Of a stretch of 64,000 nt of DNA, positions 42,889 to 51,734 are shown piece after piece (the first letter of the stretch is position 1; the number at the start of each line of letters is the position of its first letter). The translations under genes and the position numbers were made by a program. Location of the stretch: positions 64,001 to 128,000 of the forward strand of contig CBDDUX010000003.1 in assembly GCA_965234725.1 (NCBI GenBank), given 5' to 3'. A model generated the notes under the pieces. That model saw only the letters and a program-made list of their open reading frames with translations, was not told where the DNA came from and did no database searches. This DNA comes from Thermoplasmatota archaeon (GTDB lineage: Archaea > Thermoplasmatota > Penumbrarchaeia > Penumbrarchaeales > Penumbrarchaeaceae).

Positions 42889-43362
42889 TCAGATCTTTGA
42901 AAGGTAACTGTGTTTTTTTCCCATCCTTCTTTTAATGAATTCCTTGTGTTCCATCATTTTGATCCTCTTTCCCTTCAATACACTTGGAAGATCGTTGATC
43001 TTTATACCTTCCTCTGTCTCAGATCTATTGATGTGCACAGGGTCTCCATGTTTCATTATGAGGATCGTATCAGGTCCATGGGGGACATAGAAGGAGATCT
43101 CTTTAAAATAGATACGTCTGTCCACAATGGTCCAGATCGGAAATCTGCGCGATCTGACAGTTATATGATCATTGCATACGACAACCCTATCTCCCAGGAA
43201 GGACCATATCACCAAATAGAGTATGGATGCCATTCCCACCAATGCCAGAGCTATACCATCAACTATCAGATTAAGGGGATAATGTAGGACCACACCAAAG
43301 ACCATGATCATGATAAGAAAAATGGCAACTACCGAAAGGGAGATAGCCCTGGTCCTTTCCAT
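42889..43362 (-). CDS. Hypothetical protein with two TM helices and a PH-like soluble domain
   Basis: Two N-terminal hydrophobic helices followed by a beta-rich segment. Confidence 0.55.
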   Translation of the reverse strand: MERTRAISLSVVAIFLIMIMVFGVVLHYPLNLIVDGIALALVGMASILYLVIWSFLGDRVVVCNDHITVRSRRFPIWTIVDRRIYFKEISFYVPHGPDTILIMKHGDPVHINRSETEEGIKINDLPSVLKGKRIKMMEHKEFIKRRMGKKHSYLSKI

Positions 43363-43414
43363 ATAACGGAATGATCCGGGACCGCTATATGTTTTTCCCG
43401 TATCTATCCCTTAA

Positions 43415-43752
43415 TGTATGAAAATTCATGAAAGCGGGTTGTAATCCTTTTTCATACACCCGCAAAGCAGTGTCTATAATTGACGATCTGTTATGCTGGG
43501 TTTCGAAGTCACATAACTTATGTGATTGGCGAGACCTTGAAATTGCTGAACCCTATCCAATCTCTCTGAATTTCAAGGCATGCACAATAGTGCTTTCAAT
43601 TGACGCTCTATTGTTGCTATGGATCGAAATTCCGCATCATATCGAATTGACGAAAGGAATTTACGAGCTCCTTTGAAAAAGGAGTGACTTACGAAAAAAC
43701 CCGCTTATCATTTTCATCCTATGTTGTGAGCATTTGACTCATGAGGGTTTTT
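43415..43752 (+). ncRNA. Candidate structured non-coding RNA (or MITE-like element) of unknown family
   Basis: At least six local stems, a 9-bp end-to-end helix, four G-U pairs consistent with the + strand, three AATTGACG motifs, an upstream TATATG and a downstream T-run. Confidence 0.5.
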
Positions 43753-43757
43753 AGTAT

Positions 43758-44489
43758 CTATGACATGATCTCCATCATGAATGCGTGGCCCTCTTCTCCA
43801 TTTACCTTCAAGGTGACGATCCTCGAACCTTTTTCGGAACCAGTGTAGATCTCGACGATATTTCCAACGAAGACCTCTGACCTATAGCTGAGGAGTAGAT
43901 CTGCGGATCTGTTGATCCCCCTACTATTCAATGAGAGTCCATCGAAACTCCATCTGACATATTCTGTGTTGTTTACATGCCCATTCATGTCTATGGAACT
44001 TTCACAGACCTTGATCGTATCCACTAATTCCAAATTTGAAGGGGAATTCTTTCTGGATATAGTGTCGAAATTCCTTCTGCCCTTGGAAGGAAAATTAAAA
44101 TCAAGGTCCTCTGTTCTTATCGGTCTCTTATTCTTTATATCTAGGACCATCCAAACCGATGTTGCCTTTAGTATTTCCTGATCATTCCTGTCAGTCAATG
44201 TGAATTCCCTGTAAGCTCTCAGATCATCAAATCCGGAAGGGATCGTGAAGAGAGTGCAGTTTTCGTTCCAGAGAGGCGATCGGTCCACTTTCATTCGAAT
44301 ATCAACAAGGACCCAGATCCGGCCGTTCTTGATCATCCAACCCATTCCCAATCCCATTTTCTCCGCATGATCTGAGGCAATTTCCTGCAGATGCTTCATG
44401 AGATCATGGATCCGCATCCTTCCATCAGGACCACATTCATAGGTTCTTGGTATAAGGTCACGTTCAAGGGCAGCTATCATGGTCATCAT
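43758..44489 (-). CDS. Acyl-ACP/acyl-CoA thioesterase (FatA/B-like double hotdog fold)
   Basis: LQEIASDHA, WVL, REF, ATSVWMVLD, IDMNGHVNNTEYVRW. Confidence 0.85.
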   Translation of the reverse strand: MMTMIAALERDLIPRTYECGPDGRMRIHDLMKHLQEIASDHAEKMGLGMGWMIKNGRIWVLVDIRMKVDRSPLWNENCTLFTIPSGFDDLRAYREFTLTDRNDQEILKATSVWMVLDIKNKRPIRTEDLDFNFPSKGRRNFDTISRKNSPSNLELVDTIKVCESSIDMNGHVNNTEYVRWSFDGLSLNSRGINRSADLLLSYRSEVFVGNIVEIYTGSEKGSRIVTLKVNGEEGHAFMMEIMS

Positions 44490-44603
44490 TCCTTTATACT
44501 CGGAAAATGAATATAATGATAGCATCCAACCATATTAATCGATGTGTGAGACATGGTAATGTTAAATAACCGCTATGGCTTTCAGGACGCTGGGTGGATG
44601 TTA

Positions 44604-45869
44604 ATGTCTTCCAGTGAGTTCCGGGCAAGGATGACCAAGGGTGGACTGGCAATGAAGAACCAGGACTATCATTTGGCCCTAGATGAATACACAAAGGCCG
44701 TGAAAGAGGATACAGAAGACCCTGATGGTTTTTTCAACAGGGCAATTGCACTTCAGAACCTTATGAGGGATGATGAAGCAATTGAAGCCTATAAGAAGGC
44801 AATAAAGATCGACAAGCATTATTCCAAAGCTTGGAACAATCTTGGCTCACTTCTTGCAAGAATGGGAGAACCCAAGGATGCAATGAGATGTCTTGACAAG
44901 GTGACTGATCTGGATAAGGAAAATGTTGAAGCATGGTTCAACAAAGGGGTACTTCTTGCAAAATACGGAAGGGTAAAGGATGCAATAGTCTGTTTCAAAG
45001 CTGTTCTCGATCTTGATTCAAGGGATACAGAGGCTATGTACAATCTGGGAGTCGTCTACGAGGCAATGGGAGAGAAGAAAGATGCGGAGACCTGGTTCGA
45101 GAAAGCCCTTTCGGAAAAGGTGACCATAGACGAGGATTCCTACAAGCGCTACAATGTTGATGTTTTCTCCATGTTCGATACTGATGAAGAGGGTAAACTA
45201 ATCTCAGATGTCGAATGGCTTGATAGAGGTTCAAAGTTCATGCTTGACAATGATATAGACAGGGCGATCTTTTGTTACAACAAGGCATTGGAGCTAAATC
45301 CAGGTAATCCAGATGCATGGTTCGCTTACGGAAATTCCATGCATGTCATCGGAAAGCTTGAGGAGGCCCTTGAATGTTACAAGAAATCCCTGAAGTTGAG
45401 ACCAAAGAAATCAGAAGTTTGGTACAATATGGGTAACGTTTTCATGGATATGAAGAAGCTTCACAAAGCCATCGAGTGTTTTGATAAATCACTATCACTT
45501 AATCCGCATAAATGGGATGCTCTTGCAAATAAGGGGGCAGCCTTGAAGAATCTTGGTAGGATCGAGGAATCCATCAATGTCTATGAGAAGGTCCTTGAAC
45601 ATGATCCGAAGAACTCAATGGCATGGTTCAACCTCGGTAATGCATATGATGCTCTGGGTAAGTTCAGGAGGGCTATATCATCCTTTGATAAAGCAATAGC
45701 CCTGGAACCGAACAACTCGGAATACTATTACAACAAAGGTGTCATACTTTATGAGAAGGGTAGGATCATAAAAGCAAAAGAGGCTTTTGACAGGGCTTTG
45801 GCCCTGAATCCGACATTCATAGAAGCTGCTATGGCCAGAGATGAGATCATTAAAGGTCTCAGAACGTGA
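44604..45869 (+). CDS. TPR-repeat protein (about 11 repeats in two blocks)
   Basis: Repeated AW(F/Y)NxG...A..Y.KAL...P units; the start could be 44553 or 44598. Confidence 0.9.
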   Translation: MSSSEFRARMTKGGLAMKNQDYHLALDEYTKAVKEDTEDPDGFFNRAIALQNLMRDDEAIEAYKKAIKIDKHYSKAWNNLGSLLARMGEPKDAMRCLDKVTDLDKENVEAWFNKGVLLAKYGRVKDAIVCFKAVLDLDSRDTEAMYNLGVVYEAMGEKKDAETWFEKALSEKVTIDEDSYKRYNVDVFSMFDTDEEGKLISDVEWLDRGSKFMLDNDIDRAIFCYNKALELNPGNPDAWFAYGNSMHVIGKLEEALECYKKSLKLRPKKSEVWYNMGNVFMDMKKLHKAIECFDKSLSLNPHKWDALANKGAALKNLGRIEESINVYEKVLEHDPKNSMAWFNLGNAYDALGKFRRAISSFDKAIALEPNNSEYYYNKGVILYEKGRIIKAKEAFDRALALNPTFIEAAMARDEIIKGLRT

Positions 45870-45927
45870 AATTAACCCTATATATTGCCAACATCGACAC
45901 TGTTATCAATTATCTATGGATGATAAT

Positions 45928-45973
45928 AAAAAAGGAGATCCTGTCAAAGATACAGGACCCCCGGGGTTTTTTT
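45928..45973. terminator. Probable bidirectional terminator between convergent genes
   Basis: A-run, then TCCTGT-N7-ACAGGA stem, then T-run. Confidence 0.5.
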
Positions 45974-46013
45974 CAACAAATATGGATATTTTTCATTGGA
46001 TCCAATTTTGATA

Positions 46014-47702
46014 TTATTTTGATAGTTTTCCCTTCTTACCGCATTTCGGACATGTGACGACAATGGGTCTTTTTGGAGATTTTACCACGATCTTTGCGCC
46101 GCATTGATTGCATTTTACAACCTTTGGTTTGTACGCCTTGGATTCCATTTCCTCTTCCTCCTGTTCCTTTTCCTCCTTGGCGGGTGGCTCTTCCTCCTCC
46201 TCATCATCTTCTATGATCACTTTGGCCTTTTTCTTCTTCTTGGTTGAAACCTTTACTGTGATCTCTTCTTCTTCATCCTCTTCGGGAGGTTCCTCCTCCT
46301 CGATCACCGGAGCCTTCTTCTTAATGATCCTTCTTCTAGAGGTTTCCTTCTTCTCTTCCATATCTCCGTAAGGTTCCTCCATTTTCTTTGCTTTGAGCTC
46401 CTCTATCTCCTTGTTATGGTCTTCCAAGGGAATATATTGACTTCTTTCCTCATTGAAGGAATCCATCTCTTCCTGGAGGGATCTCCTCTCATTCTTCAGG
46501 AGCTTCATTTCCTCCTCGATTTCGGTCTCCTTCTCCACCATTCGTTGTCTGTCCTTTTCAATTAATTTACTGGCATTTTCAAGGTCCTTCCTTTCATTTG
46601 TCAGGTCCTCTTTCATCCTATCAAGGTCCATCTGTTCCTTTATGAAGGATTCTCTTTCCTTTTTCAATCCTTTCGATTCTTCCTTAAGCTCCTCTTCATC
46701 CCTTGAAAGCTTCTCTTCCCATGCCTCTATCTTGGACTGACCCTTTTCATATTCTTTGAACTCTACCCTGAACTTGTTATATCTATCCTGAAATTCTTCG
46801 AATTCCTTCTCATGCTGTTCCCTTTCTTTCTGGAACTCATCGACATCCTTCTGATAAAGTTCCCTCTTCCTCTCAAGGGCTTCGGATTCCTTGTCTATCA
46901 GCATGCGTTCCTTCTTTATCTTCGATTCCAGGGTTTCAAGGTCCTCTCTTTCCTTTTTCAAAGCTTCCTTTTCATCGAAGAATCTCAATTCTCTATCTTC
47001 TTGTTCCTTCCTCTGCTTTTCTATCACTTTCTTGTCCTGTTCAATGGCGGATTTCTGGACATCAAAGGTTTCTCTTTCTTCCTCGATCTCCTTTCTCATT
47101 TTCAAGAACTCGTCCCTTTCACCTTCAAGGGCTTTGATCTCTTTAAGCAGGTTCTCTCTCTTGTCCATAAGGTCCTTTCTTTCCTTGCCTAATTTGGTCT
47201 CCCTTTTCTCGAGTTCATCTCTGTCATCCTGGATGGATAAAATGTGGGCCTTGATGTATTTCTCCATCATTGCTAAAAGGTCCTTCTCACCATCGATAAG
47301 TGTTGATCGTTTCTTGGTCAGATCTTCATATGAGGATTCAATATCATCCTTCAAGTTCATCGCATTCTGGAGGTCCTCATTGAGCCTGTAACCCTCCAGA
47401 TCCTCTTCTGGATCTTCCTCATCTACTTCCTCAACCTCTTCATGGTCCTCCATTTCTTCTTCCTCTTCATCATCCTCAATGAGGACCACAGGTTTCTTCT
47501 TCTTTGATTTTACTGGGACCTCTTCATCCTCGTAATCTTCCATGACGATAGTTGCCCCTTTTTTCTTGGGAGTGACCACGATCTCTTCTTCCTCCTCGAA
47601 CTCTATTTCTGGTTTGGTCTTTCCCTTTGATCGTTTCTTTGAACTTTTAACCTCGACATCATCATCATCTTCTGACCATTCGACCTTCGCCCTTCTCGGC
47701 AT
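46014..47702 (-). CDS. Acidic head, long coiled-coil rod, acidic tail and C-terminal Cys4 zinc ribbon
   Basis: Start corrected to ATG 47702 (GGAGGTGA RBS); ~300-aa E/K heptad-like rod; ends CNQC...CPKC. Confidence 0.8.
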   Translation of the reverse strand: MPRRAKVEWSEDDDDVEVKSSKKRSKGKTKPEIEFEEEEEIVVTPKKKGATIVMEDYEDEEVPVKSKKKKPVVLIEDDEEEEEMEDHEEVEEVDEEDPEEDLEGYRLNEDLQNAMNLKDDIESSYEDLTKKRSTLIDGEKDLLAMMEKYIKAHILSIQDDRDELEKRETKLGKERKDLMDKRENLLKEIKALEGERDEFLKMRKEIEEERETFDVQKSAIEQDKKVIEKQRKEQEDRELRFFDEKEALKKEREDLETLESKIKKERMLIDKESEALERKRELYQKDVDEFQKEREQHEKEFEEFQDRYNKFRVEFKEYEKGQSKIEAWEEKLSRDEEELKEESKGLKKERESFIKEQMDLDRMKEDLTNERKDLENASKLIEKDRQRMVEKETEIEEEMKLLKNERRSLQEEMDSFNEERSQYIPLEDHNKEIEELKAKKMEEPYGDMEEKKETSRRRIIKKKAPVIEEEEPPEEDEEEEITVKVSTKKKKKAKVIIEDDEEEEEPPAKEEKEQEEEEMESKAYKPKVVKCNQCGAKIVVKSPKRPIVVTCPKCGKKGKLSK

Positions 47703-47856
47703 CTCTTCACCTCCTTTCTGGGTTTTTACACTCCAGTATATGTAATATAATGTTGGAAGGAGCCATCTCCTTATAAATTTTTTTATTAAAGATATAATAT
47801 ATGGAAATGATATTATTATTATTGAAAAATGAAACGTTATAGTGTGGTGAAAAATA

Positions 47857-48305
47857 ATGACTTCAAAAATCATCGGAGAGATCAAAGGGGCTCCCTTAAA
47901 ATGCCCTTTTCTTTGAAAGAAACCCAGACAATATCATCTGCAACAAGATTCGTGATGAAAAACCCCAATATCAGAGATTTTGCCGTATTGGATGAAAATG
48001 ATAGAGTGACAGGTTTCCTTCCGATGAGCGAGCTGGCAAAATACACTCTTACAAAAGTGTTTCCAAAACTTACATCCGAAGTGGAAATAGACCATATCTT
48101 ACCTCCATCCATAGTTAAAACGATCTCACTTCCTCCAGTAACTGTTCATTTCGAAGATACACTACAAGATGCTATCAAGATAATACTATCACACGTCTCA
48201 AGCGAGGTACACATAGTTAATGCGGATAATGTACTATTGGGTTCATTGGTCATTGAGAAACTGTTTTCAATATTACATGAAACAGGAAGCATTAAGAAAT
48301 TATAA
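47857..48305 (+). CDS. CBS-domain-pair protein, possibly frameshifted near its 5' end
   Basis: FAVLDENDRVTGFL and VHIVNADNVLLGSL CBS motifs. The RBS-preceded ATG at 47857 is out of frame with the CBS ORF; the in-frame ATG is at 47901. Confidence 0.65.
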
Positions 48306-48465
48306 CAAATAATCAAATATATTCAAAATATATTTTAAATCCAGTTTGAATTAATGTTTTCAGACATTTTTCCGAAAGATATCAAATAGGTTTAGACGAT
48401 GGAAAATGATTTGTCATCATTCGTTATTGACCCAATTGGACACAAGGGCTCCCGGAAGGATCAAG

Positions 48466-51400
48466 ATGGAAACCGAACAAGGGGAAATGAAAAGGAAATG
48501 TCAAAAGGATCCGAACGATCCCAAGATAGAAGGAAAGGACCAGTGGTCCGTGGAGCTTGAGGATGAAGGGGTACTATCCGTAAGGACCCCTTTGGTTCCC
48601 CTTACTGATGATAAAGATACATATATTGTCCTTGGTAGAAGCAGTTCTTCCCACAAGAAATGGCGAAGGAAAGGTCTTCTGGAGATCGGAGCTGTAGGTG
48701 AACACCAGGATACCGGCAGAGACCTGTTCGGAAAGAAGGTCTTTCTCGATGCAGCGTTCCCACATATCATTTTCATTTGTGGAAAGAGAGGTAGTGGCAA
48801 ATCATACACTTTGGGCATCTTCGCTGAAGAACTTATGAGATCGGCCATCGGAGTTGGTGTGATAATGATCGATCCCATAGGGATCTTCTGGTCATTGAAG
48901 GAAGAGAACCGATCGAAAAGGGAGAAGAAGGTTCTTGAGAAATGGGGTCTGGAACCTCATTCATTTCCAGAGGTCAAAGTGCTTGTTCCTGAGGGATCCA
49001 TGGGACATACATCCGGGATAACCGATGGAATATTCTCAATAGGTGTTGGAGAAATGACAGCTGAAGACTGGTGCCAGGTCTTCGATGTGGATAGGTTCAA
49101 GACCCAGGGTCTTTTGATCGGATCAGCCGTAGACCAGGTGCGGAATGGTTATGATTCCGTTAACGAAGGGAGGATCGTCCATATAAAGGGAAGAAAGGAC
49201 AGATTCTCGATCGGAGATATTGTCCAATGCATGGATACTTCCATTGTTCTCACCTCAAAGACCGGTGGATTCACAGTACAAACGCGAAGATCCATCATTG
49301 CCAGGTTCAATGCTGCTGCCGGATGGGGTATCTTTTCTGTTGATGGAACTCCTCTTCGAGAGATGACCTCCGCTAATCGAGTCACTGTGCTTGATGTTTC
49401 CGATCCAAGATTGGGTGATGAGAAGAGAAGTCTGATCACAGGGGTTATTGCTCGGAAAGTACTTTCAGCCAGGATATACTCGGCAAGGCTGGAGGAGAGA
49501 GAGATATACGATGAACTTGACCCAGATCTTATTCCGGTAACCTGGCTCTTGATCGACGAAGCGCACATAATCCTCCCACATAATAGACAAACTCCTGCCA
49601 CAGAAGCTCTGGTCGAATATGCAAAACAGGGTAGAAGGCCAGGATGCGCCCTAATCCTTGCAACCCAGAGACCTGCTTCTACCTCAGATGAGATCCTCTC
49701 TCAGGTGGACCTTCTGATAGGGCATAATCTGGCTCTTGAAGATGATATGACAGCCCTTAGGAGAAGGGTTCCTGCAAAACTACCATCCGAATTCGCAAAT
49801 TCCGATTTCATCAGAGCAATTTCGGTAGGAACTGCCATAATGGCGGACCAGAGAACACAGCAGAGATCGTTCCTTCTGAGGGTAAGACCAAGGTTCTCTC
49901 ACCATGCAGGTTCCTCTGCAATGCCCAGAGCATTCATCGAGAGACCACAGATCCCCTCTACCCCCATACCCGTTTCCGGATCCTACGACCTGGTCAGAGA
50001 CCATTATAAGGTTGATAGACCTACTCCGTTTCCCGCAGAAAGTGAAGATACCGAGAAAGTATCCGATCAAATACAAGGTCCAAATGACCAGACCATGTTC
50101 GAAAAGATAGTATCATCAGATCCCGATATAGGAATAGTGAACGAACCGGAAAAAATGGGCAATGTTACACAGAGATCAACTGAAGAGGATCAAGAGACCT
50201 TCAAAGAACCATTTGAACTAGGTTTAAAGGATGGATCGCTCAACAGGTCCGATCTCCAATGGATGTGCCAGGTCATGGGAATATCCATGGAAGGATCTGA
50301 TACAGATATTCTCTCAAGGATACTGGATCAGAGTATCGTAAAGGATGAGATCGAACAGGGGCATTCTGAAACAGGGGAGCGACTTGCATACCTGATGGGA
50401 TCTGCAAGGAAAGAAAGACAGGAAAATGATAAACTCCTTGAAAAGATCGACATTTTGGAGAAGAAGCTTGAAGGAAAAACAAGAAAAAAGAAGAAGATAA
50501 AGGGAAGAGGGATGGTCCTTGAATGGGAAGGTAAGAAGAACCATCCGGATGTGGAAACATTGGTTAGAGAGGTCCAATCCGTCAAAGAGGAATTGGAGGT
50601 TACTAAAAATAGAATAGCACCGACATCCGATCCCGCACTTATTGAACTCCTCAAAAGGATGGAAGAGGAAAGAAAAGAGAACATGAAAAGGCTCGAGTTG
50701 ATGGAGCATGTATTGAGAAAGGAGCTAAATGATATTCGGAAGGGATTGAAACAAAGACAAGTCTCAAAGGAAATGACACATTCGAATGATGATTCAAGCA
50801 AAAGCCCATCTTCAAGTATCAAAAGAAAGGAGAGAACCCTTCCTCCAGTGGAGAAATCACCTATTGTGCCGAAAAAGAAGGTGTTGAAGAAAGGAAAGAG
50901 TGCAGTTGCAATATCACCTATGATCGGAAAAAGGACGGCATCAGAATCAGCAAAAAGGAACCTGAAAAGAACATTCCTCAGAGGACCCAAGGAGATGATA
51001 GAATCGATTATTCCATTGTATTTGCCCATATATCGCTTTCTTATTAGATATAAAGGTAACATCATAGTAGGAAAAAAGGAAGGGGATCTTTTCATTGACG
51101 GGATACTTGGGGAGATCTTATGCGGAGGAAGGAGTGAACTGGGAAGATCCAAGGGATTGAAAGATCTTCTAAAAATGACGGATCTCGAGACACGGGTCTA
51201 TAGAGGAATAGGTAATGGAAAAAGAGAAGACCTGCAGATATCCAAGAAAGCATCTGTTCCTTTGAAGGAGACAAGGAGGGCGCTTACCTCTCTTCAGAAA
51301 AAGGGTATAGTTGACGTCACTTCCCTTGAAGGCGAGATCAAGATATATTCCATCAGCACTGAAATTGATATACCCAGAAGGTCTTGGTGCAAGGACCCTG

Positions 51401-51666
51401 GCCTTGACCCAAAGGTTCTGAATGGGATAGAAGAAGCATTTATAGAACCGATCATCTCGCTGAATGAGGCTGAGAGGTTGGTCCATTTTTTATCGGAGGA
51501 TATTTCCATAATTCAGAGTGATATCATAATGTATCCATTCTATGTGGCCTCTATTGTTGGTGAAGGAAGAGAAAGGTATGTTGCTGTTGACGGTGTTTCT
51601 GGGAAAGTCGATAATGATCTGGCTCCAGCCCTACAGAAGGTTATCGGATCGTTGAATAGGAATTGA
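48466..51666 (+). CDS. HerA/DUF87-like P-loop ATPase with coiled coil and C-terminal repeat-wHTH-repeat module
   Basis: ICGKRGSGKSYT (Walker A), IDPIG, LLIDEAH (Walker B), GRRPG, ATQRP; start uncertain (48406-48487). Confidence 0.8.
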   Translation: METEQGEMKRKCQKDPNDPKIEGKDQWSVELEDEGVLSVRTPLVPLTDDKDTYIVLGRSSSSHKKWRRKGLLEIGAVGEHQDTGRDLFGKKVFLDAAFPHIIFICGKRGSGKSYTLGIFAEELMRSAIGVGVIMIDPIGIFWSLKEENRSKREKKVLEKWGLEPHSFPEVKVLVPEGSMGHTSGITDGIFSIGVGEMTAEDWCQVFDVDRFKTQGLLIGSAVDQVRNGYDSVNEGRIVHIKGRKDRFSIGDIVQCMDTSIVLTSKTGGFTVQTRRSIIARFNAAAGWGIFSVDGTPLREMTSANRVTVLDVSDPRLGDEKRSLITGVIARKVLSARIYSARLEEREIYDELDPDLIPVTWLLIDEAHIILPHNRQTPATEALVEYAKQGRRPGCALILATQRPASTSDEILSQVDLLIGHNLALEDDMTALRRRVPAKLPSEFANSDFIRAISVGTAIMADQRTQQRSFLLRVRPRFSHHAGSSAMPRAFIERPQIPSTPIPVSGSYDLVRDHYKVDRPTPFPAESEDTEKVSDQIQGPNDQTMFEKIVSSDPDIGIVNEPEKMGNVTQRSTEEDQETFKEPFELGLKDGSLNRSDLQWMCQVMGISMEGSDTDILSRILDQSIVKDEIEQGHSETGERLAYLMGSARKERQENDKLLEKIDILEKKLEGKTRKKKKIKGRGMVLEWEGKKNHPDVETLVREVQSVKEELEVTKNRIAPTSDPALIELLKRMEEERKENMKRLELMEHVLRKELNDIRKGLKQRQVSKEMTHSNDDSSKSPSSSIKRKERTLPPVEKSPIVPKKKVLKKGKSAVAISPMIGKRTASESAKRNLKRTFLRGPKEMIESIIPLYLPIYRFLIRYKGNIIVGKKEGDLFIDGILGEILCGGRSELGRSKGLKDLLKMTDLETRVYRGIGNGKREDLQISKKASVPLKETRRALTSLQKKGIVDVTSLEGEIKIYSISTEIDIPRRSWCKDPGLDPKVLNGIEEAFIEPIISLNEAERLVHFLSEDISIIQSDIIMYPFYVASIVGEGRERYVAVDGVSGKVDNDLAPALQKVIGSLNRN

Positions 51667-51734
51667 TGATTTACCCAAAAGGTTTTATTGGAAAAAAGGC
51701 TGGTCCCAGTTACCTGTTTGGTTGGTGAGAACGT

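Noticed and set aside
43428-43676. 82-aa ORF inside the structured intergenic element
   Set aside because: No RBS or recognisable motif; the base-pairing pattern explains the sequence better. A small peptide cannot be fully excluded.
43430-43709. Resemblance of GAAAGCGGG...AACCCGCTTA to RNase P RNA helix P4
   Set aside because: Lacks GAGGAAAGUCC, the bulged U and the other conserved regions.
47703-47885. Hydrophobic N-terminal extension of the 623-aa ORF
   Set aside because: Read-through of an AT-rich promoter region; a strong RBS marks ATG 47702.
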